The notes: a model not told the origin generated them from the letters alone. DNA of 63,669 nt, filler included, from Bigelowiella natans CCMP2755 (GCA_000320545.1; 5 parts of 5 records of this genome joined end to end with filler, not necessarily neighbours in it); one strand, 5' to 3'; shown: positions 39,939-55,186, counted from the first letter of the whole stretch. Translations and numbers: made by a program.

Positions 39939-42900
39939 AATTTCTTGGCTCGACTGAAACTGGTTCCAACTTGAGTCTCCATCATCTTTACCTTCGGCAT
40001 GCTCTTTGACCTTTGATTCCATCTTTAGATTGTCATAATTCTTTTTCTCATCATCCGGTGACCCTCCCCATTTATTTAGGGCCGATTCTATTTTCTCGGC
40101 CAAATCCTTCAGATCTTCATTGATTCCGTACATGTCTCCCTTTTTCGAGTCTGGTACGGAATATGTCTTTGCACCATCTAATATAGCTGCAACGATATGC
40201 TCAGGAATCCATAGCCCTTTGCTCCTTGCCTCGGAATTTCCAATGTCGTTCAGGTAACGCAACATAATCTCTCCCGCCTCCTCGAACATTTTATGCTTCA
40301 AGAATAGTCGAAGAACACTAGTGACGCAGGTCGTCATATCATTCATCGTCTGCTCATTGCTGCCAGTAGGAATGGGATAGATCAACATTCTCATGAGCCA
40401 TCCGGGAATCTTCATCATTTCTAGGTTTGTTCCTTGGTCTAAAATAGTTTTTGCAACCTCCAGACGAAAGCGAAAACCGGTTTGGATAGTATCATGTGCC
40501 TCCAGTAACTCTTGCAGCAATTTCCAGGCTGCTTTGGCTATTTTTGAATTCTTTGATCTACTATTGTCCTTCCCGGATATGTATGTAATTGAATTAATTT
40601 TGATTGGCACACTCGTGCGTGATCCTGCCACTTGAATGTCTATGCATTTGTTTGTAATTTCTTTGAAGAAATAAGCCAGGTCTAGGTCAAAATGTACCGC
40701 AAGCATCATCCCGCTCTCTACATCTCCGTTTTTTATCAGTTCCAACCCAAGGTCAAGAGGCGATATGTTTTGCAACTTCGACAGTTCCGTAGTAACTGAT
40801 ATTAGTGATAGTTTAGCACATACCAACGCGTGGCATCGCTTGATCTTTTTTATGGTAACAGATTCGCGAGAAGGAATGTTTCGCTTGGACTCGGCCGAGC
40901 TATCCTTTCGCTTTGTTCCTTGAACATGTGTGTAGATAATATAATCGTGTTTGCAGAATGATATTGCTGATGCTGCAGCTGCGTATGCGTTTGCTTGCTC
41001 AGAAAGGATCTTCTTAAAACTGGTCTTGTTGTTGTTGTTTGAAAAATGAACACCTCCTGGTTTAAGAATCTGAGCATATCTGTACATGTACTTAGCTGCA
41101 CCCAGAAAATCGTTACAATGTACGAGGTAAGTGTATGTCATATAATAGGGGTTCCGCGAAGTGTCCACATCGACAATACGTTCAATTGGGAAACGTTCTG
41201 CATTTTCAGACAAGATCTCTACGACAAGTTTGCGGCATCCAATCCAAGGATAGCGGTAGAAGTCTGCAAAGGTACCCTTGTAAATTAGGAACTTCACAAA
41301 ATTTTTAATATGACCTGGGGACATTGATATACTAGCTGCATAGGCGTCATCCCATTTCTTCAGCATCACTGAGTAATCAAAAACCTGTTTCCAGAGAATG
41401 TTTTTGTGCTCAACCTTTTCAACAGTAGCTACACATGCTCGCGCAAACGAGAGGGCAAGATGCATATCTACGCTTTCAAAAGTCCGAGTGGTCCAGTGAA
41501 GATACTGTGTTGCTTTCGAAGCATCGTCTAATTTAGCATGAGACTTTTGGTCAACTTTGCATAAATCCATTATAGCTTTAGACGCTTCAGATTCTTCTTG
41601 CGAGACTACTGCTAAGACTTTCCAGAAGCCCTTGCTTGCCATTGATAAATATCTTTTATCCTTGGATGACGTGTAAGCATGAATGTAACATCGCGCCAGA
41701 AGATACTCCCGAAACAGTGTTAACTCTGTCGAGCATCTGCCAGGCTTCCCGAATCTAAGTAAGTCATATAGGTGCCCCCAAAGTTTTTTCTTGACAAGTA
41801 TTTGCTCGAGTCGGAAATGATCCTCTAATTTGATGTCTTTTGAACCATAACCTGGTACTAAAACTTTATCTATCACGATTTTGCTGCTCGATTCGGCTGC
41901 ACGGGTGAGATCTTTTTCGAATGTGTTCACTGCATTATCGAAATATTCTCGTATGATTTCATGCAGAGCTGGCACTGAAGGCTCCAGAACTTCTTCTGTA
42001 GAAATTTCCTCTAAAGAAGAAATTTCCTCTAAAGAAATGTCAAGTTGTTTTTGGGAAGTATAGTTTACTGGTGCATTCCCCGTCAGTAAATCTGACTTCT
42101 CTTCCTCGAGGCGATTCACTTCGTATGATGTAGCAGATTTTAAGGGTTGCTGACACATGTATTGTGCTCGCCTATAAAGCAGCAACAAACTGCTGCAAGT
42201 AGGTGAGATCTCTTGCCGCAAAAAAAACATTAATCTATCATTCCGGGAGAAAATGGGCCTTTTCATCATGAAGACAACGCAGACTAGTAATTGTTTGAGA
42301 AACGCGAATCGATTTGTGACTTGTTCTGTGCAGCATGCTGCTATAGCTGCTGTTTTCACAACATTGAGCGGGTAGACCCCTTGATGCTTACCTTCTGTGA
42401 CGGAACTCTTCTGTTGGAGCGAGGTGAATAGAGATTCCAAAGGCACTCTTGCACTTTCCTCAGATGCCATCGACGAATTCATGATGCGATCCTCGATAGA
42501 TCGTAAGCGTACCAAAAGACGATCTTTATTTTGCGAGGTTAAAATAATTCGCTTAACGAATGTGTTGATGACTCCTAGCAATGCTTCTTCTGGATTACAT
42601 TCTAAATCCCACTTCTGCGGCGTATTGAGAGAACTGACTAAGAGCGCAAGTCCAGTATAATCCTCATCTCCGTATGAAATCTGATCCCCGAAGTCCTTCG
42701 TAAAATTCGACAATACAGAAAAAACATCGGATACTACTTCAACGATTGATATGATATGTTGGTCAGATCCGGATTTTCCAAGTTTTAATTGCTTGGTCAT
42801 AGTTGTGCTCTCTTCAAATACTGAGAGTGAGATTTCAAGCGGTTCGAAAAGGGAAGAGATGAGAATCGGACGTTGATCTCCAAAAGCAAATCCGCAAGGC

Positions 42901-44740
42901 TTCTTTAGTGCAAATGAGTTCTTTGTACAATTTCTTAGAAAATTACTCCATTTCTCATTACGATCAAGATGCGAAAGTGCCTTTCTTTCACTGTCTTTTT
43001 CAAAGGAGCTCTCAGACTCAGTTCTTTTGTAATTTAATGCATTGGCGACTCGAACTTGAAGTGCAACCCCTGTCTCATTCCCATTTTGACGATCATATAG
43101 TTCAATTTCGTTTAGTATAGTCGAGGAGAAGAATCTCCCTGGACTAAAAGCTCTATAGAGATAAAAATCATGAAGAGACTTCCCACAATTTACAAAGGAT
43201 TCTTCTTCTTCCAAGGATTTTCCCCAAAGTTCTGTTTCTAAAAAGACCTTTTCCCAAGAGTATTGCCTATTGTTTTCATTTCCATTCTTTATTCTACACA
43301 CTTGCACTTCTACAACACCTCGCAGTTCTTCAATGACCCACAATTCATTTCCAATCATCGTCATATCGACGAATTGGCCCCAAGTTTTTTTCTCAATTAC
43401 AAAGTTTCTATTAAGCTGCTCTGTCTGGAAGACCGTGAAGTAATGCGTGTTATTTCGCTCGTAGTGAACCAGCAACCTATTGCCACTCTTGTCCCTGTGA
43501 ATTGCCTTATGTCAAACCAAGTATTGTCAGACTATTAATTTTTTTACCTCTTCAGCATTCCCCTTGATAGCATACCAGATTCTCCGTGCTTAACTTCAAT
43601 GGGTTTGACTAAGGAAGGAGAATCTTCCATCCCAACCTCCCAGGCTCGTAGTACACAATCAGAACACAAAGCAACAAATTTATTTTCTTCTAAATAAGAG
43701 ACTGCTATGATCCCGTACCTGTAGATACAAATAAGGAATATTAAAGAGAACTTTCTACGGACTTTGCTAGGCATCTACATCCTATTACGTTTGGGTATTT
43801 TGGCCAGGAAGGTAGGAAGTCAAGCTATTGTAGATACGGCTTACTAGAGTGGAACCATTTTGAACAAGGACTTGCTCATGCTGATTGCCACTTCTGAATG
43901 TAGCATGAATATTTTTGTCACTCAGCGCAATTATTTGCAAATCCACAAAAATACAACTTGAAACTTACCTGCACGTTATGCGAAATGCTGTTGAGTTTGA
44001 TAAGGCCACAACAAAGCGCTCAGGAGACAGCACGACAAAATTTTCGATCGAGATTCCTTTCGCAATCTATTAGAGCAAATAAAATTGAAGCAGAAGACTC
44101 ACATCGAAATAAATTTCTTACTTGAACTTTTGCTGCCAACCCTGGAGACTCCCCTTCGTTGCTAGAAACTCGCATTTGGTAAATTCCTTGGTTTTCTCGG
44201 GGGAATATGTCGATTTTGTAGATATGGCCATCTTCCAGTGCAACAAACAGCCAAGTTTTATGTGAAGCCACTCCTTTCCTAGATTTATATATGATTTATG
44301 ATGCATTCAACATGGATAACACTAGAACTACCTATCGTTTTCAGATTTGCGTTTTTCTTCCTTAAATTGAACCCCGACAATAGGACTTTCGAACCTTCTT
44401 CTATACTCATCCTGAGTAATGCAATACATTCATCAACGCTGCACCAATTTTGTGGGCAATTGAAGAACCTTATGATAGCGCTCAGTATTTGCTATTTCGA
44501 CAGCTCGAAGTTCTCTTCCGCATGCAACCCTGTATCAATCAGCACTGGATTACGTTTTCTTATTCAGATTTAACATTTAATTATGTTGTACCAAGCGATG
44601 GAAACACTTTTGCTCTTGCTTAAAAATCCCGAACCAAACGGAGATCTGATAGAATCTTCATTGAACTCGGGGTAGGAGAAGGATTTTTCCTCCCAGGATG
44701 TCAATAGTCGCAACTCACGGGTTACGGCTTTAGTTGCCAT
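39602..44740 (-). CDS. NUP160: Nucleoporin Nup160/Nup120-like; several short 5' exons plus a large exon of about 3.9 kb; C-terminus truncated
   Basis: FVALCSDCVLRAW (propeller), LWKQVFDYSVMLKKWDDAY, YYMTYTYLVHCNDFLGAAKYMYRYA, IPGWL; total length above 1500 aa. Confidence 0.75.
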
Positions 44741-45309
44741 TGTGAGTGTCTCGCCTGTATTAAAATTCTTAGGTAAGAATGCTTTGAAGAATGAATCTCT
44801 TCGTTAGTACCAATCCTCGAATACCTTTGAGACCTCACGGCAAAGCTTGCAAGGTTACCAACGAGTGGCTATGGTTACTCTCCTCTGTCAGGACCCACCG
44901 ACTTTCCACCCTTTAACTATTCAGGCAAGAAGGCGTTGCGAGATGGCCTCGCACTTCAACTTGCACCTCTCGTGCGACATCAAATTGTTCATGCTTCATG
45001 ACAAAACTGAGGACATTTATTGGAATTCAGAGTACTTATCTGTGAAAATTGGCGCCAAACCCGAAAATGATACATTTTTTGGCGATGTCTTCTGGGGATT
45101 TGAATCGCTGGCGGATTGTTGGAAGACTGGAGTGAAGCAGGTATGGTCCGCTGTAAATTTTGCCAGACGAGCAGACAGACGGACTAACGATATTCTTCTC
45201 GGCCAAAAAAGAGTGTGGGTTCCGATGTTACGGAACCCAGGCATTGCCTGATTGCCTTCTTATTTGCACTGCCGTTAGTATTCTGCGTAGTCACGTTTCA
45301 ATTTCCCCC

Positions 45310-46448
45310 ATGCGGGCTCTCGTCCTCCTCCTCGGCGCAGCTACCTTTTCTTATGCCACGCAGTACCGTGTGCACAATCATAAGCCTCATGGTATACCCA
45401 ATCTCTACAAAGTGAACAGACACAGATTCATGGATGCAAAGGCTCGTGGAGTTTCAATGTAATAGTCATATGCTATTTACATCTGCCAAAACTAACATAT
45501 TCTATTCATAAGATTGTACGATCGGCACAAGGACTTGGGTGTGTACTTTATCTCACTTTCTGACCGGGAAAAGCATGTCATCCAGTTCGCCGACAACGCG
45601 CTCGGCCTAAAAAATCTCACTGTAATTGGGGAAGGAGTATCCACATCAACGTTGAAGTCCATGGCAGTTCTTCAAAATGATGGAGTGGTAGACAAAAAAA
45701 TTGCCAGAATCCAATAAATTACATCATGCAACTTCTGTCTCATGTAATCGTCACATTTTTCTAGATTCACAAAGATGTAGATCTCAACAATATCACGTCC
45801 AACGAAGTTGCCGTAAGCATGTCACATACGAGGGCACTGAACTTCTTTGCCAAAAATAGCGAAGTAAGTTACGGAATTGTCTTTGAAGACGACGCTGTAT
45901 TGGAAAAAAATCTAGCTCGATCAATGATGAATGGAGGTATCTCACACTTATATTCTCTCATGGTGGGATTATTGTGATTCATGGTCTATGCTATAGAGTT
46001 CAATTCATCAAGTATTCTCGAAGTTCTCCAAAAGTTGGCCCGTACAGCCAAAAATCATAAATGGCATGGCTTGAATCTAGGGCGTTGCTTCGATGATTGT
46101 CCTTCACGTGTCGTGGAAAGCTACGTCAAGGCTGGAATGGACGTTGTGAAAACTTGCAACTCTTTCTGCACACACGCGTACATTATCACCAAACGTGGCG
46201 CAGAGATTCTAAAGCAGTACACCTTACCGATTATGGGTACTGCTGATGGAATCCGATGTGCTCTCTCACAACAAAATCGATTTCAGTACTTCTCGGTCAC
46301 TCCACGGCTTTTCAGTCAGGATAGAGAGGGTCAAGTTGGGCTTCATTCCTCGGACGAAATGAGTGAGTGCGTTCGCCATGACGAGGTCCAATGTATGGTA
46401 AGGCAACCCTGGATAAATGATATGATCAAGAAATATCCAAAGCATTAA
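45310..46448 (+). CDS. Glycosyltransferase family 25 with signal peptide/anchor; about 4 exons
   Basis: VYFISLSDR, EVAVSMSH, GIVFEDDA, CTHAYIITKRGA..L, PRLFSQ. Confidence 0.85.
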
Positions 46449-49400
46449 CATTTGATCCAGAAAATCATATGGAGTCCATCAAACCACAAAGTTTACAAGT
46501 TCATGAATATTCGTTCGGTGTTGTGTCGATGCAGCGAACGAGAACATTGGCACTTGCAGGTTCCAGGTCAGATTTTGGCCTCGAGCAAAGAATTCGTTTT
46601 CGCTGGAGATTTCTATTTCGGCTGATTTTATCTAGAATATGACCAAAGTCTAAGAGTCGAGGCCGACTCTGAAAGCATAATAAAAATGTTTTTGATTTTA
46701 TTTGCTTTTTTAAAAAAACTCTTAATATATAGCTTGAGTACGAATTTAATTATATGTTTTTGTTTGAAATATTAAGTTATCTAGTTGTTGAACACATCAT
46801 CGTATCTGCTAGACTTGTACCTGCTAGGCTAGCCGCTGTGCTCTAAATAAATATCATCAGTATGATCTTTATTAAATTTGTTCGAAACTCCACACGGGGA
46901 AGAAAAAAATAAATATTTGCAGCCGTACATATACATGTAGTACGATGTTTTTCCATTTGTGTGATACCCAAGAAAACTGCAGAAGTGGGATAATCAAATT
47001 TCTCTTGCATGTTGTTCTGCATCGTGTGCTATGATATAATGATGCTGATGACACGCACATGGCACCTACTACACATTGCTGATTCATTCAATACACCTCG
47101 ATCGCACACGTGAAAATTGTCTCAACTGATGCGCACACGCACGTACGCACGCAAGACGCACTAGCTTGCGCATGTCGTAGTGCATGCTGGCTGGCATGCG
47201 CATGAAGTTGTACGTCTAGTTATTCCATGACTCAGAACTAGCTAGCTAGATAAGCTAGATGAGGCTGCTGATGATGGCGTGTATTCGAGTCGATGTCGTT
47301 TCCTAGTGAATTTCGAGATGTGCTACTGTGCTTATTAGATGCACACATAGCTAGATAGCTAGATAGCGCGATGCATACAGTCGTAGATGAAGTGTAACGT
47401 GTAAACGACAAAGACAATTAATCGGATTCTGCATCATGCAGTATGTTGGTTGTAACTCGTAGCAGGTAGATGTGACTGTGCGCATTTATGACATAGACAC
47501 CACGTAATGCCACACATGTACAGCACATCTGACATGTAGGATCGGATGCTACGTACTGTCTAGCTGTGTCCATTATCATGTGCATGCAGGCTAGCAGGTG
47601 TGCGTGTGATGCGTTGTAGCCGCAGCTTTGCAAAGCTACATTAGGATACAAATTGCAAAAAAATGACACATTCATAACATCCGTCTCACCCAGTCATGAT
47701 GTGCACAGCAGCGAGGCGCTCTAGCACTCACGCACTCATGCACTTGTGTGCATGTGTTTCATGGCATCTGCTAAGAAAATATCTGATGTGTACAGCCTAA
47801 AATCGCCATCAAGGGCTGCTGCATTCATAATCGATTTACAATTTATTCAATTTTCATTTTCTCAATGTTATTAACGTAGCCTCAGCCAGCTGTCTCTATG
47901 TCCACCATGTCCAGGTGTACAGAAATCGTATCGACCGCCGGAGCAACTAAACTGACCTAGTGCTCACCGATCTTGCAATACGCACCGTCTCAGTTCCTAG
48001 CGCTTGATCTTTTGTGTCCCTCTATATGGCATGCTACTTACTGATCCATCACCATGTGCATCAATTTCCCAGTCTGGATGTAAATATGAATTTCGATTTA
48101 GCATTAGACTCCAGAATTTGAGTAACAGTATTTTAGAAGGTTGGGATGTACTACACATCTAAGAAAACAAAAATGAAGAATTTCAGCAGCAATAAAGAAA
48201 AACCTAGAATGTATAAGCTCCGTTCCTTAAACGTGTGAAGATGGGAGAATCCACACATTTTACACATAGAAGCTATTCTTTTATGCACACAATTATGTCT
48301 AATCCCTTCATAAAAGGAAAGGAAAGTGTCTTGGTGTGCGAAAGATTTATATTCCATTCTCTAACTTGCATAAATCGAATTCGCTACTACCTTGGGCAAT
48401 CTATCTCAACCCCACAGGTTGGGCGCGGCACGGACCTGTCCACTCAACACACCCAATCCTGTGTTTCCATTTTTGAAACCACGTCGGTTTATGTTGAGTC
48501 CGCCCCTATTTCGCTTGTCTGCTACAAAAACTGTCCTCGAGATTTACAGTAGCTGGCCAATCCCGGATTTCAGAATTTCGCTAAATGTTCGCACAATGCA
48601 GCGCCACTTCTCATAAGGTGATTTTGTTGATACGACAAGGTATCATTGCCGCCACTGGGAGCATCGCTTCCGGTTTGGCATTTTCGTAGTTAGGCATGCC
48701 ACCCTGCGCTGATGCCTTTCTTGAATGACCTGTATTTTGTTTCGAAAATAGCTATCTTCCCCCGTTTTAGATGGAAATTATGCGAATTCCCTTCTGAAGA
48801 AGAGCGAGCCAGACGTAAAGACGATCTGATAAAAGCAAACGACGAGCAGTTCCGGCCCCTCGTAGCCCCATTAATGACGGAAGCGAAGAGGGCGGGAGCA
48901 CAGCGCCGTGAAGAAGCTCAAAATACCTCTCGAAGAACAAGGTCGTAGAATATCCAGGGAAAAATCCGAATGCAACTAATTTTCCCGCAAAAATGAAGCA
49001 ACCCTTCCTGAAGTTACCCCTTCACCCAAGCTGATCAGACAATTCGAAAATGACGCATAACGGTAGCGACTACAGTCCCTTCGTGGATGAATTCTATTCC
49101 TCTCAAAATTCACCCCGCATGTTGGGGACAGGTATGAAGCTATCATTGCTTTGTTCATTAAGAGAGACCTGTAGCGACAGTCATACTATTTCGGTCTCAA
49201 AGCGGAAGCGAGCATACGGATCATCCAGCTGTCAATATAGAAATATTTAGTATGATTTGGCGAGATAAGTAATGTAATTGTATGCAGTGACTCATTCTTG
49301 TTTCTGGTCGAACGTTTTCGATAGCTGGTCGATCTTTGCGACGGCTACTGATTTCCTCTTCTCTCTTAGAATCTTCCTCTTCAGCGCTGGTTCCATTGGT

Positions 49401-49579
49401 TCGGAAGCGAAAGACGAAGTAACTTATAATGATCTAGCTGTACATGATGAACTATGAGAAGGCCAGAATAGTTAAATTTGAAATCTTCCATGGTGGAGAG
49501 GGGTTCTTATACTCATATACAAAGGATTTGCAGAGACGCCATAATTGCAATCCGAACAGCAATAACATCTTAATCATAC

Positions 49580-49850
49580 AGAGAGTTTCTCCTCTCCGGT
49601 GAGAGATGGACGGGAGGTGGATGGCGGACGGTATAAGACGATATTAGTGTTGTACACGTTGTTGCAGTAATAAAACAAAGAACATACACACAGGCCGCCT
49701 CGCTCCTGTATTGCTTGACTCAATTTCTGGTTGCCGTCCCAGACGCCGTCCTCGGGCCTACACTCACAGTAACTTAAATTGTCGCACACAAACACACATA
49801 CGTACATATCTCATGGGAAACGGAAAAGAATTCACATGTGGTTCCTTTTT

Positions 49851-49893
<43 letters not shown>

Positions 49894-52017
49894 CACCACT
49901 AAAATTTGATTGTAGGCCCTCGGGCGGCAGGTGTCATGTGTAAGCGACAACGAGATCTGCCCAGAGATGTTGGAGGTGAGGGAGAAGATAGGGAAGCGGA
50001 GGGAGGGCAAGCATACCCGGACACGTAGCAACACGAATACATAAGGAGCAACACGAACACATTTACACACATTACATATGCGCACTAATGCACTGCCACT
50101 TGCTTTTCAACTCCGTCGGTGCTTGTTGGGCGGTATGCTGTAGGCGATCGGATGGAACAGGACAGGAGCCGCACTCTCTGTGATTGTAGCATGGATTTTC
50201 TCCAATGTATTTTGCGCCAGGCGTGGTTGTAGAGTAGTTGATTTGCACGGCCTTTTCTGTTATCCGGTGCTGCAGGCAAAGCGATTGATTTTCTTCTAAT
50301 GTCTTGTGGAAGAGATATATGCACGAAATATCACTCGCAGCCGGGCAGCACCAAAATTAGAAAACTATCTCGGCCGTCGAATAGGACGGAATACAACTTG
50401 TAGGAGGGGAAGTTTGAATGGATTACTATTTGGGAAGAATGATGTGGTGATGATGATGATGAATGGTAAGTTAAAAGTTAATAGTGGGGGCCTAAAAAAA
50501 CTCTTCCTGATACGTTAACCGCACATTATTTATGCCATGTTGCAATCCCCTTCCTCGCTTTAGACTGGCGTGAACGGACACTACGTTCTCTCGGGAGGGC
50601 TCTTCATGGTAGTAAGGAAAGATGCTTAGTTAATATTGAAGTTGGAAGGAGGAGGCTTTCTCTCGACAAACACAGTGGATGAGAGAGAACATAGAATTAT
50701 TTGCCCCGCCGTATCATCGTCGACCAGAGCTTCTCCTCTTTTTGAAAGATATGCCATAAAAATTGGTCTTCTCCCCCCTCTTTTGAAGGAGAAGAAACAC
50801 ACACACCTCGCTAGCAGAGTATAATAGTGTCTTTCACGTTCCCCCGTCCACGTAGTAGGGCCTTTAAGCCGAGATGCAGATGATATCATCATCATCATCA
50901 TCATTGTCATCATCATAACCGCCACGAGCATGATCATAGTCATCTCATCATGACGATGATAGGTGTCGTTGTCGTTCTTCTTGGCGCCATTATCCACCAC
51001 CGCGACGCAGGTACAAAGCCCTCTCCTGCCGTGTGGTGTGCGTGCGAGCATTGCCTTTCGTTGCCTTTATACGACAGAGAGTGACGGGTTCCCCTTCCTC
51101 TTCTTCCTCCTCCTCCTGCTAGGTGCACGTGTCGTTCTTCATCATCGGGCTGGGGAAGGGCCTCTCATCGCTGCAGTCCACGGGTAATAAAAGATGAAAT
51201 CCTGCCGAGTGATATTAGCAGATGCACACGTCACTCTTCCTCTTTCCTCATTCTCCCTCGCACTCAAGAAATCACTCACAACGTCTCCATCTCAGCTCTT
51301 CTCGTCGCCCTGAGACAAGGAAATACGAAGAAGCTTGGAAAGGTTCTCCTCCCCCTCCCCCTGCTCGTGAAGAAGAGACAGCGGGGACGGTGTGTCGGGG
51401 ACATCTGAGGGGCGATACATTCCCTGTCGGGAGTAGGCCCCGTCTCCCCCACCCCTCGACAAAACAAGGCGCATCCGTACGGCGACCAGTAGTTTATTGT
51501 TAATCATATTGGCATGCTGTGTGGTGGGTAGGTGGTGCGTTTTTTGTTGTGTATTCTTCAACTTCATACATGCATATGATGTGTGCTTCAGTGGGTCAAT
51601 TTAATGTCGATATTCTGGGGCATTGGCTCGATCCTGACGCCATTACTCGTGTGTATCACCACGCTCAAAGACTTCAGGCTCAGCTTCATCAGCGTTGGGG
51701 TGAGGGAGGGCGAAGGGAAGGGGGGGAATTTAGATTATATGGGCCATCGTGTTTGCATTCTCGCCGCCTTCGTGCGAGTCCCTGCGCAACATGGAGAAAA
51801 ACTATGGCATTGCGAAGGATGTTGTTGTTGTTGTTGATGATGATAATGATCGGAACACTGGTTGACAATACCAACATCACTGATGGCTTTTAACTTACCC
51901 CTCAGGTGTTGTTTCTCTCGCAATCGGTAGTGATGCTGTACGTGAGAGGCAAGGTAGGGTTTTGTGCCGCGTGCCGTAGTAGCCTTCACATCAACCTTCT
52001 TCACAAAGGACGGAAAA

Positions 52018-52051
<34 letters not shown>

Positions 52052-52480
52052 CGATTTGGCCATATGACTAAGGGAGACAAATTGTGCCTTTTGTGCACGT
52101 GGATGCATGTCTTACTGGTTCTTTCTGTTCTCGCACATCATCGATTTCATTTCCTAATTCGCACCCCCCAGGTACCGGATCGGAAGCGCAAACCGTCGAG
52201 CGTCCGGGAAGCCACGGAAACGTAAGTGTAGACCTATTTCGAAGCTAACACACACACACACACACTGACTCTAGAGAATCTTTATTTGCGGCGGGATTGT
52301 GTTTGGCAAGATTCTTTGTTCCTGAATCCTCCCTCCCCCCCCTCCCTCCTCCTCCTCCTTCTGTTCCTCCTTCTCTCTGGTTCTCGGTGTGTACTGTCCG
52401 CCAGGCTGAGTGGTTGTCGAGCGAACGCGATCATGATCTGCGGGTAGTAGTTGTTTTTATTCAACGAGGAGATCTGCAAG

Positions 52481-52521
<41 letters not shown>

Positions 52522-52874
52522 TAGTGACCTGGTGCTTCTATGACATGTTTGTGAGACAAGAATTCGTGTTGATTGTGCCATGGTTGTGGGATGCCGCCGC
52601 TGCGATGCTCAGGTTTCTATTCGCGTTCTTAGCGTTGGGGGTTGAGTTCAACATCGTCGCTTATATCACTCCCTTCGTCGAGAGCCAAAAGATCGCTAGG
52701 TAAGTGGTTTAATTCACCCACCAAAGGAAGGGAGGAGGAAGGCAGGGAGGATGATGATGAGTAGGAGGAGGAGAAGGAGGAGAGGGAAGACGGGGGCTGA
52801 AACAAGAACACTATTTCTCTTAGTAAATCAATTACTTATACAGAGGGAAACGGAGAGGCGTATTTCATAAGAAC

Positions 52875-52932
<58 letters not shown>

Positions 52933-53282
52933 ATGTAAATAACACATGCCAATTATCATGTTCTCTTCTTTGTCTTCTCCTTCTTCATCCTCAATCATCA
53001 CCCAGCAATACGATCGGGAACCTAATGACGACAACCTACTCGGTAGTATTATTTCCGACCGATATTCTGTCTGTCAACCCCCACCCCCCCAATCCCCCAG
53101 CTTGAATTTAAACCCCATGCTGAGAATCGCTCCCTGTTGGCCACCATCGCACGCACGCAGGCGGCGTTCATGGTTGGGCGGGCGCTGTCGGGATATTTGG
53201 AAGTCAAAGGAAGTAGTGCTGCTGTGAAGAAGAAGAAGAAGAAGATGATGATGATGATGAGGATGATAATGAGGATGAGAAT

Positions 53283-53313
<31 letters not shown>

Positions 53314-54276
53314 CGATGAAGGTGGTGATGACACATGTAATTATTATTATTAAGAATGGCCGCACATTAGTAAGATACCGTGCGTGCGGTCGTTAAAATG
53401 CGTGCTCGATCCTACTCTCACGAAAACTCACTTGCGGTCATCTCCTCTCTCCTCGTCGGGTCTTCCCCCTCTCCTCCTGCTTTCAACTTCATCTCCACGC
53501 TGAGTAGCAGTTTCGCCAGCGGTCGTTCTGGACGCTTGCATGCTGGTATCGACGCTGCTTGCAGGTGAACTGAGGGCGACAACAAGAACATCGAGAGATG
53601 ATTTCGAAATGTAGAGAAATTGATGCGATCACATCATGATTATCATCATCATTATCATCATCATCATCATCATCACGGCCATTTGTAGGTCTTTGCTGTA
53701 TTTCGGAATCTTCAGTGGTGACAATATGGATATGCGCGGCGGGCTGGGGGCTCTTCCTCTCCCCCTCTTGGTAGTAGTTGATAGGCTATTAGAAGGAGAA
53801 GTAGGATGGAAAAAGCAACAGCATTCGTGGCAGTTTTCCACCACCTAGTAGAAAACCGTAGGAACGGAAAAAGCTACGTATCGGCTGGCGCTCCTCACAT
53901 TCATTAATATTGTTTCTTCGAGACACAATACTGAGAGCCCTCTATTTGCCTTTGCGACATCACCGCCATCGCCACTATTACCACTCTGCCCCGTTCCCCA
54001 TCCTCCATCTTATCTTGCTCCCTCTCCCCCCTTAAACCCCCCCCTCCCCCTCCGAAGGCCTTGCACGCTAATGCTACTTCGACAGACGGGAGAGGTTTCC
54101 GATTCCATGGTGCAGGTACCACACTTTAGTGTGCATGTGTGTGTGAGAGAGAGAGAGAGGAGGGATATTAGCAGCAGCATAGAACTAATTTGTACTGATA
54201 TCATCGTCACTCTCCGTTTATGCATCATCATCATCATCATCATCACTAGCAGCAGTAGCAGCAGCATTAATCAGAA

Positions 54277-54318
<42 letters not shown>

Positions 54319-55186
54319 CCCTCTATTCCCCCCTTTGCTTTTCCTCCTCCTCCTCGGTATATTTTATCATCAAGATGTTTATCTTCGCCATCTACTCGGG
54401 CCAGTGGGCTTTGGATTTGGTAGGAGAGAAATAGTGAGAAAACAACATATGACAACTGTCGACAACGACAGTGAGAAGGCTGCGAATGTATGACCCGTTG
54501 TCTCTATCGCCATCTCACTGTGATATGCTGCCTCCATCCCCATGCAGAAGACGAAATCATCGGTGATTTTCGTATACAGTTTTAAGATTCTGCATTCGAA
54601 TTTATTTCTTTTGAACTTGGGAAAGAAAATGGATTGAAAGACACCCTAACACCACACATCTAACACACACACACACACACACGTTGCTTGAAATCACGTC
54701 ACATACACTCACGTGCATATGTACACGCAGGTAATGAGCTCTGTCATCCAGTCGTATGGCACACGCGCGCTCCCCTACGGCCTGCTGTGCGCGCTGCTAT
54801 CCGCATTCGTCGTCGCCTCCCTCATCCTTCTCCTCTTCTCCATTGGAGACCATACTCAAAAGAAGGGGAGCAGAGGGCCAGGATGGGATGAAAGTTCCAA
54901 ATCAACCCCCACACGGAAAGTAATAATGCACAAGAGCGGCAAATTCGACGCAACAAGTGAGCGGTCGAAGAATGCTGGTGGGGAAAATAGAGGGGGTGCA
55001 GCTGCGACACCACCGACAGTTTCATCAGGCGATATCCTAGCACTTGTATCATCAACGATTGGGTACCGTTGTCATCATGATCAGAAGCAGCAGCAGCAAC
55101 GTGTTCACTGTAACTATGATAACCTGTCATCGGCTCCTCCACCATCGTCGTTGTCGAATCAGAAGCTTAGTAGCGGCCAAAGATGA
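49580..55186 (+). CDS. Major facilitator superfamily transporter (MFSD4/fucose-permease-like), many small exons; 5' end uncertain
   Basis: Exons AVLGPTLT|ALGRQV, FFIIGLGKGL, WVNLMSIFWGIGSILTPLL, FLALGVEFNIVAYITPF, AAFMVGR, GWGLFLSP, and a final TM exon ending at 55186. Confidence 0.72.
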
